Shown here in pieces: positions 15,728-25,877 of a stretch of DNA of 64,000 bases. Position 1 is the stretch's first letter. Every line of letters begins with the position of its first letter. The notes beneath the pieces are model-generated. The model worked only from the letters and a program-made list of their open reading frames with translations, was not told where the DNA came from and did no database searches. The stretch comes from a virus, in the IMG/VR virus record IMGVR_UViG_3300034104_004584, positions 1-64,000 of that record. The stretch is one strand, 5' to 3'. The position numbers were made by a program, and so were the translations under genes.

Positions 15728-17263
15728 ATGCCATCAATGGATCAATTTTCTCAGGACGTACAAAGTCAAGCATTAGTAGTCCCTCAACAAGAATTTCAAG
15801 AACCATTCTTTCTAAAAGCACTGGCCGCAATGCCTGGCACATCTTCGATGGTGGCTCTCAATGCTGGTAGATATTCTAACACAATGTTTAAGGGTGGCTA
15901 TCTCGACACAGCTAGCGGTGCTACTGGAATCAGGCAATCAATAGGTAGAAGAACAGGTGCATTTGTCGGTGGAAACATGGGCAAGGCTAGTAACATCTCT
16001 CAAAAAGCACAAGCAATGACGATGACAAATGCAAACCCACTTGGTTTTACAAGGTTTGACTCGGTAGCTAGATTAACTGGTATGAGAGGAAAAGCTGCAC
16101 CATATAACCCTTTTCAGAACATTGCTGGAATAGTTGACTACGCAATGAAGCCAGATTTCATTAGAAAAAGAGCAGCTGCAAGATATGGCGATGATGTAAT
16201 AAATAACACAGCAGATAATGCTATTTATACTGGTGGTGTTTTTGGTAGAATTAAAACAGCAGACCGAGCAATAAATTATGAAAAAGCAGTAACTAAAGCA
16301 GATGATCTTAGAGCAGCATTAGGCGGAAGAACAGCTACAAGGTCTCAGCAAAGAGTTCTCAATAGAGGAACTAAAGCAGCCGACAGATTAACAAAATTAG
16401 ATGACAGCATAATTAAGCTTGGAAAATTAACTAATGCCAATTTTGCTAGAGAAGGTGCAACGGCTTTTGCTCAGAGCACTCTATTGGGGCCACATGTTGG
16501 TGTATCTGATGATGTAGTTTCTGGAATATTAAAAACTGGAGCAGCAGACTCAATGATAGGGTCAAAAGCATCTGCTTTAGGCAGGACTAGAGCCATCTAT
16601 GAAACGATTCCAGGAGAGCTTTCTAAGTCTATATTTGGTCATTATAATATAATGAACAATGGCAACTTTGCAAACTTTGCAGATACTGCAGTAGGAAAAA
16701 GAACAACCGCTTCTTTTGCAAGCGCATTGGAAAAAACAAAGTTGGGCAGAACTGCAGGTGGCACACTAAGCGTTTTAGATGATGCGGGTCAATCAGCTAA
16801 ATCAGCAATGTCAATTGCAACTAGAACTTCAGGTTATACAGACGACGCTATGGATATTTTAAATAGTGGAGTAAAGGGCATTAGGTCTTCATCTGCAACT
16901 TTAGCAAAAACAGCATTTCAAGCAGGAGACAAAGTAACAGCTGCAAAAATGGGTGGACAATATCTTTCAACATATGGAAAAACAGCTGGAAAAGCCTTTA
17001 GTGCTTTTGGTTATGCCACTCTAGCCTATGATATAGGTAAAGGCGTAGGAAACATGATGATGGGTGGAGTAAACTTTGCCAAAGACGCTATGAAGTCAAT
17101 GCAAGGTACACTTAATAAACCAATATTTGGAGCAGGATTTAAGGACAACGAAGTAGCAGCAACATCGAGGGCCAGAGGAGTAATGGCAATTCAAAATTCA
17201 AGATTAAATGCAAGAAGCATGCTTGGATCTGAAGGCGGAATGATGGCAGCACATTTTGGATAA
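15728..17263 (+). CDS. Ala/Gly/Thr-rich large hypothetical protein (possible internal virion protein)
   Basis: Track ORF, 511 aa; function inferred only from composition and position. Confidence 0.5.
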   Translation: MPSMDQFSQDVQSQALVVPQQEFQEPFFLKALAAMPGTSSMVALNAGRYSNTMFKGGYLDTASGATGIRQSIGRRTGAFVGGNMGKASNISQKAQAMTMTNANPLGFTRFDSVARLTGMRGKAAPYNPFQNIAGIVDYAMKPDFIRKRAAARYGDDVINNTADNAIYTGGVFGRIKTADRAINYEKAVTKADDLRAALGGRTATRSQQRVLNRGTKAADRLTKLDDSIIKLGKLTNANFAREGATAFAQSTLLGPHVGVSDDVVSGILKTGAADSMIGSKASALGRTRAIYETIPGELSKSIFGHYNIMNNGNFANFADTAVGKRTTASFASALEKTKLGRTAGGTLSVLDDAGQSAKSAMSIATRTSGYTDDAMDILNSGVKGIRSSSATLAKTAFQAGDKVTAAKMGGQYLSTYGKTAGKAFSAFGYATLAYDIGKGVGNMMMGGVNFAKDAMKSMQGTLNKPIFGAGFKDNEVAATSRARGVMAIQNSRLNARSMLGSEGGMMAAHFG

Positions 17264-17266
17264 TTT

Positions 17267-19138
17267 ATGACAACAGCATTATCAAGTAAAACAAAAAAAT
17301 TTAGACAAGATTTAGAAAAACTTTCACGAGAAGATTTAATTGAAATAATTAAAGCTCAAGACATTGAAACCTATAAACAAATAAATAGAATTGAATGGGT
17401 TTTTGAAAATAAATTAAATCACCTAAACTGGGCTGATGGAAGTCCAGTCGAAGAAAGACTGCTGTCCAACAAAGAGTTAGCACTTCTTGTTGACGAACCT
17501 TTTGAATTAGATTTTGAATTGCTGGATATGGGAATATCTGCAGAACAACAAAGGCAGATTCACGTTGCCAAAGATCCTTGTGTTTGGGCTAGGCAGTTCC
17601 TTCAAGCAGAAACAAGAGTTTATCAAACTCTTATTTTAAGAGACCCATCATTAAGAAAAGTTTTAAGAGCTGGTCGTCGTTTAGGCAAAACTTTTAGTAT
17701 GGCAGTTTATTTGTTGCACTACAGCTATACACATAAAGACGGACGCTGTTTGGTTATTGCGCCAATGAAATCTCACGTAGAACTTATTTACCAAGAGATA
17801 TTAAGGCTTGCATCTAAAAACGAAATAGTGATGAACTCAATAACTAGAAAAGTTACTAGTCCTCAATTTATGATTCAATTTACGAATGGATCAACAATTA
17901 GATTCTTTACCTCGGGTATGCGCTCGGGAGGAAAATCAGACGTTGCTCGTGGTCAGGAAGCACATGTTATTGTTCTTGATGAAATGGACTATATGCACGC
18001 AGACGACCTGGACGCTCTATACGCAATGCTCCAAAAGACAGCAGAAGACCAGCCAGACAAAGTGTTGATTGGCGCCTCTACTCCAACTGGTAGAAGAGAG
18101 CGTTTTTGGGAATGGTGTAGAAGTACTAGATTCAAAGAGTTTTGGTTTCCTTCATATTGCAACCCTTATTTTTCTAAAGATCAAGAAGACGAATTTAGAG
18201 AACAATATTCCGAGATTGGTTATCGACATGAAATTGAAGCAGACTGGGGAGAAGATGCAGAAGGTGTATATCCAAGAAAGTATGTTGATAAAGCTTTTCT
18301 TAGTCCAAGTTGGGATTATCACGCAGAGTTAACTTCAGCTAGAAGTTTTCATGTCATTGGTGTCGACTGGGACAAATATGGAGCAGGAACAAACATAGTC
18401 GTTCTTGAAGCATGCTCTGATACATATGAAGAAGAAAGATTTAGAAACAAAGTTAGAGTCGCTTTTAGAGAAGAGATAGAAAGATCTGAATACACTTTGA
18501 CGAAAGCTGTTTCAAGAATAGTTGAATTAAATAATATTTTTCAACCAAAACATATTTATGTTGACCGAGGTTTTGGCGAGGTTCAAGTTGAGCTTCTTCA
18601 TAAATACGGTGTAGAAAATCCTAACACAGGATTAAAGCAAAAAGTTAAAGGCGTTAGCTTTGGTGAGACAATTGAGCTAAGAGATCCATACACAAAAATG
18701 CCAGTTAAAAAAGAAATTAAACCATACATGGTTGACAACTTAAGACAGTATCTTGAAAAAGAAGTTTTAGTAGCTCCAGAAAAAGATGACGAACTTTACC
18801 TGCAATTAATATCCTATGTTGTTATGAGAACCACACAGACTGGTAGACCAGTTTTTGAAGCCGGAGGATCAGCACAGGATCACGCGCACGATGCATTGAT
18901 TCTTGCCCTTCTATCTATAACAGAAAATTATAACGATTTACACAAAGCAAGATATACTACAAAAACAAACACATTTTCAAATACGTTTTTTATGCCAGGA
19001 GCTGGCGACAAAGATGACGATGATGATAAAGATGTAAACAAAGTTGCGAATAGAACATCGACATTGAGTAATAAAGCAACTTTTAAAAAGGGTTTTAGCA
19101 GAAGAGCTAGTTCACCTATAAAGAGACAGGTTTTTTAA
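17267..19138 (+). CDS. terL: terminase large subunit
   Basis: 623 aa; Walker A AGRRLGKT, Walker B HVIVLDEMD, C-terminal nuclease-like region; poly-D near the C-terminus. Confidence 0.88.
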   Translation: MTTALSSKTKKFRQDLEKLSREDLIEIIKAQDIETYKQINRIEWVFENKLNHLNWADGSPVEERLLSNKELALLVDEPFELDFELLDMGISAEQQRQIHVAKDPCVWARQFLQAETRVYQTLILRDPSLRKVLRAGRRLGKTFSMAVYLLHYSYTHKDGRCLVIAPMKSHVELIYQEILRLASKNEIVMNSITRKVTSPQFMIQFTNGSTIRFFTSGMRSGGKSDVARGQEAHVIVLDEMDYMHADDLDALYAMLQKTAEDQPDKVLIGASTPTGRRERFWEWCRSTRFKEFWFPSYCNPYFSKDQEDEFREQYSEIGYRHEIEADWGEDAEGVYPRKYVDKAFLSPSWDYHAELTSARSFHVIGVDWDKYGAGTNIVVLEACSDTYEEERFRNKVRVAFREEIERSEYTLTKAVSRIVELNNIFQPKHIYVDRGFGEVQVELLHKYGVENPNTGLKQKVKGVSFGETIELRDPYTKMPVKKEIKPYMVDNLRQYLEKEVLVAPEKDDELYLQLISYVVMRTTQTGRPVFEAGGSAQDHAHDALILALLSITENYNDLHKARYTTKTNTFSNTFFMPGAGDKDDDDDKDVNKVANRTSTLSNKATFKKGFSRRASSPIKRQVF

Positions 19139-19141
19139 ATT

Positions 19142-20734
19142 ATGGCTAACTATGGTTTAGGTAATTCAAATGCAGTTGAAGACGTTTTTGCAGATCCATA
19201 TTCTGATGTTTCAAGTTTTAACTCTATAGAAAAAAGAGCACAAGAGTTTAAAGCAGGTGGCGGACTAGGTTCTGTATATGGTAACAATGTTTCTCAGACT
19301 ACAATTCAAGAAGTTAGATCTTATGTTCTTGAGTCAGAAAATATGGTTAACCAATTGCTAGAAGAAATTGATAACAATTTACATTTAGTAAATATTAATC
19401 CATATTTAAATCCTGACCTAGACGTAGCCCACTCGGCCGTTTGGAAAGACGCTGAAAAACACTCTTCTAAAAATGAGCCGGGAACCGTTTCTGCTACAGT
19501 CATAACTCCAAGGCCACAGTTTATTTGCTACGAAGAGTATCTTTATGCATCAAGACATCAATGCAGGTCTTGTAGAGAACTTGTTAAGCAATATGAATTA
19601 GCTTTGTCCCATTCAAGTTTTGGTTATTTATTATCTTTAAAAAAATTATTAAGTTATTTGTATGAAGAGATATTAATAATAAAAAATATAGTTATATATT
19701 ATTTAGGAGAAACGTATAAAGATGAAACCGAAGGCGAAATTGCAAAACACCTCTCAGATTGGGCAAAGACAGTCACGCACTATACGAAACAGTTTGCCAA
19801 GGAAATCACAACAAACGCAATCCCACTCCCACAATCCGAGTTGGATCAAATCTCTAAAAAACAAGCCGCACAATTTCAAGCATTTTTTTCGATCAGAGTA
19901 AACTCTTTAAGTGCAGAGACAAATTCTATAATCAATCTTATAAAAAGAGATTCGGTAGACACTTCAGAAGTATTTTATAAAAACTATCTTCTTCCGGCTT
20001 TAACTTTTAAATCAAAACTAATAGAGCCAATAATGCTAGACCTAGGAACTACTTCGTTGGGCCGACTTGCTCCGATGTTAGCTGGGGAAATGGTCGTTGC
20101 TTCTAATGCGATTGTTGGCAACTTAGGTTCAATAACAGCTGACCTAGTTGAAAGAAGAATAACAGCAGGCAAAAGATTATCAGCTTATTCAGACACAATT
20201 AGATTAAAAAGAAGATATGTTGGATACATTATTCAATTAGAAGAATTTGGAAAACAAAGACAAATTACTTTAGCTAATCCAAGTCAACAAGATGTAGAAA
20301 AGTACTCTGATATTTTTGAGTCTATAGTTGTTGACTTATCAAAAAGAGAAAGTCTTAGATCTTCTCACAATGATTTAGATGACATTGACGGCGATGCACA
20401 TCCGCAATATCTAAGAATAGATGGTGGAACCATTTATGGAAAGATTGATTTAGCCGAAGGTGCAACTATAGGTGGAATAGATTTAGCGAACCATACTCAT
20501 AATTTAGAAGATGGAAGTTTTCCAATCAGTGCCAGTTCAATAGATTACACTAGTGCAAGACAAGATTATTATGAGAACTTATATAATAGGCCCTACTCTA
20601 ATCTAAATATAGTAGGCTTTGAATCAGTGCAAAAAATAGGTGGCGGTCATGAGTACAATGTTTCTTTTGAAATCGAAATTGATGACGAAAAATTAAATAC
20701 TTATGATTTTGAAATTTTATACAAAGAGGTTTAA
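19142..20734 (+). CDS. virion structural/fibre-like protein
   Basis: 530 aa; DGDAHPQYLRIDGG motif typical of phage fibre proteins. Confidence 0.5.
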   Translation: MANYGLGNSNAVEDVFADPYSDVSSFNSIEKRAQEFKAGGGLGSVYGNNVSQTTIQEVRSYVLESENMVNQLLEEIDNNLHLVNINPYLNPDLDVAHSAVWKDAEKHSSKNEPGTVSATVITPRPQFICYEEYLYASRHQCRSCRELVKQYELALSHSSFGYLLSLKKLLSYLYEEILIIKNIVIYYLGETYKDETEGEIAKHLSDWAKTVTHYTKQFAKEITTNAIPLPQSELDQISKKQAAQFQAFFSIRVNSLSAETNSIINLIKRDSVDTSEVFYKNYLLPALTFKSKLIEPIMLDLGTTSLGRLAPMLAGEMVVASNAIVGNLGSITADLVERRITAGKRLSAYSDTIRLKRRYVGYIIQLEEFGKQRQITLANPSQQDVEKYSDIFESIVVDLSKRESLRSSHNDLDDIDGDAHPQYLRIDGGTIYGKIDLAEGATIGGIDLANHTHNLEDGSFPISASSIDYTSARQDYYENLYNRPYSNLNIVGFESVQKIGGGHEYNVSFEIEIDDEKLNTYDFEILYKEV

Positions 20735-20736
20735 TT

Positions 20737-21702
20737 ATGGCATGGTTTAATTATTATACAACATCAGCTTTAACTACCTCTGTTAAAGCTCCAGTAAGAA
20801 GATTAATTAGTTTTCCAAATATAAATGATAATATTAAATCTGGAGACTGGATAAATGTTTCTCTTGAAGACTACAATATTGGTCAAGTTTATTCTTATAT
20901 AGGTGGATCTGTAGTTCAGTCTTTTGATCAAGATTCTTTTCTTGTTATTTACGAAACATTAACAACTCAAGTTCCAACTTATAGCTATTTAGATCCAGAA
21001 GGTTATTTATATTTTAAAGCTGTTGCCGATATTAATTTGGGTCAGCAACCAGCAGGTTCTTATTATTTGTATTATCACTCAGATAATATTCAGTACATTT
21101 CTCTTGTTGAATCAAACTATGTTTCAACAACAAGTCCTTCAGGATCTAATTACATGGGCTCAACAACTGTCTTAGGAGTTAGTTATGTTGATTACTATTC
21201 TCATGTAGTTAACAAAGCAGCAACCAATACACGAATTGCACAAATTGGTTATCTTGGAGATCCTTCTTCTTGGATAAATGGGTCAACCACAGTTCCTGGA
21301 GCTAAAATCTTAGGATCTTTTGATGGACCAAATCTAAAGATTTATGCAGACAAAGGTCCTGACAAAGGCAAAGTTAGAATAAAAATAATAAAAACTTCCG
21401 CATCTGGAACTGGTCAATCTGTTGTTCGTACCGAAGAATCAGTGGACATGTACGCTCAATCATTAAACGCTGATGCAGAAATTTTTTCGTTTAGCACAAA
21501 GAACACAGATGCGGTACAGTTGACAGATAGATACAGCACTTTTGCTTTTGAAATAGAGCTGTTACCAGAAAAAAATACCGCCTCAACGGGCACTGGTTTC
21601 AACATGACCAAATACGCATTTGGAAAAAATTATAATTTATCACTCGGAAATGAAGAAATAGAATCTTCAATCGTTTTTGCAAGCACAGGAGTAATTAGAT
21701 AA
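20737..21702 (+). CDS. hypothetical beta-rich structural protein
   Basis: Track ORF; its stop overlaps the next ATG (TAATG). Confidence 0.5.
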   Translation: MAWFNYYTTSALTTSVKAPVRRLISFPNINDNIKSGDWINVSLEDYNIGQVYSYIGGSVVQSFDQDSFLVIYETLTTQVPTYSYLDPEGYLYFKAVADINLGQQPAGSYYLYYHSDNIQYISLVESNYVSTTSPSGSNYMGSTTVLGVSYVDYYSHVVNKAATNTRIAQIGYLGDPSSWINGSTTVPGAKILGSFDGPNLKIYADKGPDKGKVRIKIIKTSASGTGQSVVRTEESVDMYAQSLNADAEIFSFSTKNTDAVQLTDRYSTFAFEIELLPEKNTASTGTGFNMTKYAFGKNYNLSLGNEEIESSIVFASTGVIR

Positions 21703-23421
21703 TGGCAATTATATCAAAAACTATTACACGGACTTAAACCAGACGCAAACTATTTATTTACCCTTAAGCCAAAAAACGTAGAGCTTTCTGCTATAGATCA
21801 AGCACCAGAAGCCATCAGAGTAAAGATGCCATCTGTTGCTACTTCACCTTCGCCAATAGCAAATTTTGTAATTACAACCTTCTTTGAAACTGTGATGTTT
21901 AGTTTTGATGCATTGAATGATATTGACCTAGATAGTTACGCCTATAGGTTATATGACAATGCACTAGGTACCGGAACTCCAGTTGCACAAGGTAGAAATA
22001 AATCTAACGTTTTTACAGTTTCTGTTCAAAACACTACTGACTCTACTCCAAGAAGATATTGGGGTCAAGTTGCAGCAGTAAACAGTGCTGGAGTGGTAGC
22101 CACCTACACTCCTTTGCAATCTGATCAAGCCACTCCTCAAATAGGAAGTCAATATATTGCTACATTAACAGCTGACAAAATTAGGGCTGGAACAATCGGT
22201 GCGTATGAAATAATTTTAAATGGATCTGGTTCAATATTAAAATCTTCTAATTACGACCCAAGTGTTCCAATAGGAAGTCGTCAAGGTTGGACAATCAAAG
22301 GAGATGGAACAGCAGAGTTTAGTTCAGCATCGATAAGAGGCAGCATATCAGCTTCGTCTTTGTATTTTAACTCAAACAATAGATGGGGCAGAAACTCTGG
22401 CAATACCGCCGATTCAAGTGAGTTTAAAATTGGAACAAATGCAAGCTATTTATTTTATGACTTTGCAAATAACAAGGTAACTTTTACAGGAGAGTTATCT
22501 GCAGCTAGTGGAACATTTACTGGAGCACTTTCAGGAGGAACCATACAAATAGGTTCTGGTGAAAATGTTTTTAAAGCAGACTCTAATGGCATTTATTTAG
22601 GAAATGAAACATTTGCTAACGCAGAGTTTAGAGTAACACCAGCTGGAGCATTGACAGCTACAAATGCAAATATAACTGGAGCGATTACTGCAACTTCTGG
22701 AACCTTTGCTGGAACAGTTAGGGGTGGAGATATTTATATTGGTGGAGCTAGTGCAGCAAGTGCACCATTTAAAGTTGATTCAGCTGGAAATTTAACTGCA
22801 ACCTCTGGAACATTTTCTGGAGCACTTTCGGGAGCAACTGGTAACATTGGTGATAATTTTATTATTGGCAACAGTCTAAGAGTTTTAAACAATGTTAGAT
22901 TAAATTATGGAGAATCATCTCCCGGAGTACCAATTGGTGCAGATGGTGGTCAAACTATTGTTTACATAAGATCAGATACAAACGATGCTAATCCAAATAA
23001 CTATCCATTAAGAATATCTAATCACAATAATAGTTCTCCTAATCTTTTTAGGGTAAGATATGATGGTCAAGTTTATTTTAATGGAGCGGTTCAAACATCG
23101 GACGTTCGTCTTAAAAACAATATTTTAGAAACTAATTTAGGTTTAAATTTTATAAATGATTTAAGACCAGTAAGCTATTTTATGTCATTAACAAAAGAAT
23201 ATTCTCCTTTAAATAATGTTAGAAAATATGGTTTAATAGCTCAAGAGGTAAAAGAAACTTATCAAAAATATACAGAATCTTTTGGAGGATGGTCTTTAGA
23301 AAATGAAGCCGATGAAGATTCTTTGCAAGTGCTTTCCTATACAGAATTTATTTCTCCAATGATTAAAGCAATTCAAGAACTTTCTGCAAAAGTTGATGAA
23401 CTAGAATCTCGTCTGGTATAA
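21702..23421 (+). CDS. tail fibre/spike with C-terminal S74-type intramolecular chaperone domain; needs a +1 change at codon 10
   Basis: ATG 21702 overlaps the preceding stop. Reading is MAIISKTIT-CGG, then stop after one more codon; the +1 frame (GGA...) is open for 32 codons into track ORF 21826. Confidence 0.55.
21726..21732 (+). other. candidate +1 recoding site ACA-CGG-A
   Basis: aca cgg act taa in the zero frame; +1 frame reads GLKPDANYLFTLKPKN (FN3-like). Confidence 0.55.
23098..23421 (+). other. peptidase S74-like intramolecular chaperone autoprocessing domain
   Basis: SDVRLKNNI...YGLIAQEV...LSYTEFISPMIKAIQEL signature at the C-terminus. Confidence 0.75.
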
Positions 23422-23430
23422 TCTTAGATT

Positions 23431-23616
23431 ATGAATGACCAAAATATAGATATCAATCTCATAGTTCAGTCCTTTCAAGAAAAAATATCTCAGTTGATCA
23501 CAGAAATAGTGGTCAAGGACGCAACTATTAAACAGTTAACTTTACAGTTGACCCAAAAGCAATCACAAAATGACGGGTTTGAAGTACCCGCTCAATCAAC
23601 AAAGAAGGAAAAGTAA
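23431..23616 (+). CDS. small coiled-coil protein
   Basis: Track ORF, 61 aa. Confidence 0.45.
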   Translation: MNDQNIDINLIVQSFQEKISQLITEIVVKDATIKQLTLQLTQKQSQNDGFEVPAQSTKKEK

Positions 23617-23801
23617 TGTCAGAAGAAACAGTAGAACCAACTGAAAGCCAAGTAGAAGAAAAAGAATTTAATATTACTATTAAAATTACGAATTCTAACT
23701 TAGCTTATAAGAGTGACTTCTCAGAGCCAGAGACTGTTTTTTGGCTTGAAGCAATCAAGGATATTATCCTGAAGAAGACCTTCCAGGACATTCAAGGCTA
23801 A
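23616..23801 (+). CDS. small acidic protein
   Basis: Track ORF, 61 aa; ATG overlaps the preceding stop. Confidence 0.45.
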   Translation: MSEETVEPTESQVEEKEFNITIKITNSNLAYKSDFSEPETVFWLEAIKDIILKKTFQDIQG

Positions 23802-23821
23802 AGCTGAATTAAATAGCCCAT

Positions 23822-23840
23822 TTGCTGTACTATACAGCAA
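23822..23840 (+). promoter_or_regulatory. perfect 8-bp hairpin (TTGCTGTA-cta-TACAGCAA) upstream of the portal gene
   Basis: Read directly; contains TACTATAC; terminator or regulatory role is undecided. Confidence 0.4.
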
Positions 23841-23871
23841 TATCAGTTTATAAATTGGAGTGTAGTTAACT

Positions 23872-25551
23872 ATGCCATTACGTGAGTATTTGCCCTTTAG
23901 AAGGGCAGACATAAATGAGCTTGATTTTCAATCAGCACAAATGTCACCAGATAAAATAGGTTCTTTAGGCAAGACAATGAAAGTTGCTGCCTTAGCACTT
24001 GGTTATCGTGGCGTAAATTACTACTACACTGGCAGAACAAACTTTGAGCCATCTCCATATAACTTTGATAGAATTATTCAAGCAGTAGATACCGACTCTT
24101 ATGTTAAGCAAGCTATTTCTAAATATAGAGATTTGTTTTGGAAAGAGGGTTGGGAAATTATTGGAGAAAATCCTGAAGCAGTAGCATATCTGCATCAAAG
24201 AATTGACTATATGGAAATGGCAATGAGAAGACCATTTCTTGATTTTCTTATTGATTTGTCAGATCAACTTTTCAAGTTTGCTAATGTGTTCTTTGTTAAA
24301 GCTAGAGCTGATTTAACCGAGTATTTTCCAACTAGATTAAATGCGGTCAATGGAACAGACCCAATTGTTGGCTATTATTTAATTCCAACTGAGCAAGCGA
24401 GAATATTGCGAGATAAGCATAACAGACCAAAGTCTTACCTTCAGAGAACTAACCCTTTGACCTATGCTCCAACCGATAGAGATCCACAGTGGCCAGCAGA
24501 AAAAGTTGTGCATTTATCATTTGATAAAAAACCAGGTAGAGCTTTTGGTACACCATTCTTGTCTAATGTTTTAGACGATGTTGTTGCACTTCGTCAAATG
24601 GAAGAAGACATTCAAAACTTAGTTCACAGAGAACTGTTCCCACTTTATAAGTACAGAATTGGAACTGCAGATCAACCAGCAGAACCAGAAGAGATAGATC
24701 AAGCAGCTGCAGAAATTGAGAACCTAAGAGCAGAAGGTGGACTTATTCTTCCTTACAGACATGATGTTGAAGTTATTGGATCAAATGGATCAGCACTTGA
24801 CGCATCAGCGTATCTGGACCATTTTAAGGAAAGAGTTGCAATTGGCCTTGGTGTAGCACCACACCACCTTGGAATGAGCCTTGGAGGCGGTAACAGAGCT
24901 GTTACAGAGAGACTGGACACTGCACTCTATGATAAAATTAAGCATTATCAAAAGCAATTTGCTGAGATGGTAAGAGTTAATATATTTAATGAACTTTTGT
25001 TTGAGGGTGGATTTGATCCACTTGTTAATCCTCTTGACTCTACGGTGTCTGACAGATGTTACTTTAAGTTTAATGAGATAGACGTCGATACTCAGGTTAA
25101 GAAAGAAACTCACATAATTCAAAAGTTTGTTAACTCTCTAATTACAATAGAAGAAGCAAGAATTAAACTTGGCGAAGACCCAGATGCTGAGATGGACAGT
25201 TTGTTTGGTTCCGTTCAGGGACAAGTTCAGATAGACATAGCAGCAGCTCAGGCAAAGAATCAAGCAAAGCTACAAAAGCAGATGCAACAAGATCAGCCAA
25301 TGAAAGATGTAATGAAAGATGGAGACAAGCAGGATTCAGCTCCTGCTGGACAAAGAAATCTTCCATCCAACAGAAGGGGTCCAGGCAATACTATTAGGCC
25401 TCAGAATCAGCAAAAGAGAAATACTTCTCCAAACATAAAAAGATCAGATCCCACTTGGTTGTCTTTGGTTGAAAATTTGCTCGAAGAACAGTATAATGTT
25501 GTGATAGTAGAAGACGAAGACAAAAAAGTCGACATAGCAAACGAGGAATAA
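23872..25551 (+). CDS. portal protein (putative)
   Basis: 559 aa; called from size, position upstream of the protease-scaffold and capsid genes, and a Gln/Lys-rich C-terminal tail. Confidence 0.6.
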   Translation: MPLREYLPFRRADINELDFQSAQMSPDKIGSLGKTMKVAALALGYRGVNYYYTGRTNFEPSPYNFDRIIQAVDTDSYVKQAISKYRDLFWKEGWEIIGENPEAVAYLHQRIDYMEMAMRRPFLDFLIDLSDQLFKFANVFFVKARADLTEYFPTRLNAVNGTDPIVGYYLIPTEQARILRDKHNRPKSYLQRTNPLTYAPTDRDPQWPAEKVVHLSFDKKPGRAFGTPFLSNVLDDVVALRQMEEDIQNLVHRELFPLYKYRIGTADQPAEPEEIDQAAAEIENLRAEGGLILPYRHDVEVIGSNGSALDASAYLDHFKERVAIGLGVAPHHLGMSLGGGNRAVTERLDTALYDKIKHYQKQFAEMVRVNIFNELLFEGGFDPLVNPLDSTVSDRCYFKFNEIDVDTQVKKETHIIQKFVNSLITIEEARIKLGEDPDAEMDSLFGSVQGQVQIDIAAAQAKNQAKLQKQMQQDQPMKDVMKDGDKQDSAPAGQRNLPSNRRGPGNTIRPQNQQKRNTSPNIKRSDPTWLSLVENLLEEQYNVVIVEDEDKKVDIANEE

Positions 25552-25877
25552 TGGGAATCATAATTACTTCAGATATTGCAAAGCAATACCTCCTGACAGA
25601 AGACGCAGTTGAAGGATTTAATACAGCAGTACAAAACGGTCAAATTCGTTTAGCGCTTGAAATAATGGTAGAGTTGGTTGATGGAATCATGCAAGTCCTT
25701 GATTACATTACCGAAGACGAAGATGAAGTTCAGGCTTCTCCAGAGCCAGTAAAAGATACAAAAGCTTTAGTTGAGGAAATCGCTGAGCCAGTCAAAGAAG
25801 AAACTAAGGCAGAAGCACCAGCCAAGAAGCCAGCTGCAAAAGAAGAAAAAGTACAGAGCAAAACAGAAGCTGAATAA
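25551..25877 (+). CDS. acidic Glu/Lys/Ala-rich protein
   Basis: Track ORF; TAATG overlap with the portal stop. Confidence 0.5.
   Translation: MGIIITSDIAKQYLLTEDAVEGFNTAVQNGQIRLALEIMVELVDGIMQVLDYITEDEDEVQASPEPVKDTKALVEEIAEPVKEETKAEAPAKKPAAKEEKVQSKTEAE

Noticed and set aside
17886-18332. Internal plus-strand ORFs inside terL (17886..18068, 18069..18332) and inside other large genes
   Set aside because: They are alternate frames of a gene with clear Walker motifs. They have no RBS and junk-like translations.
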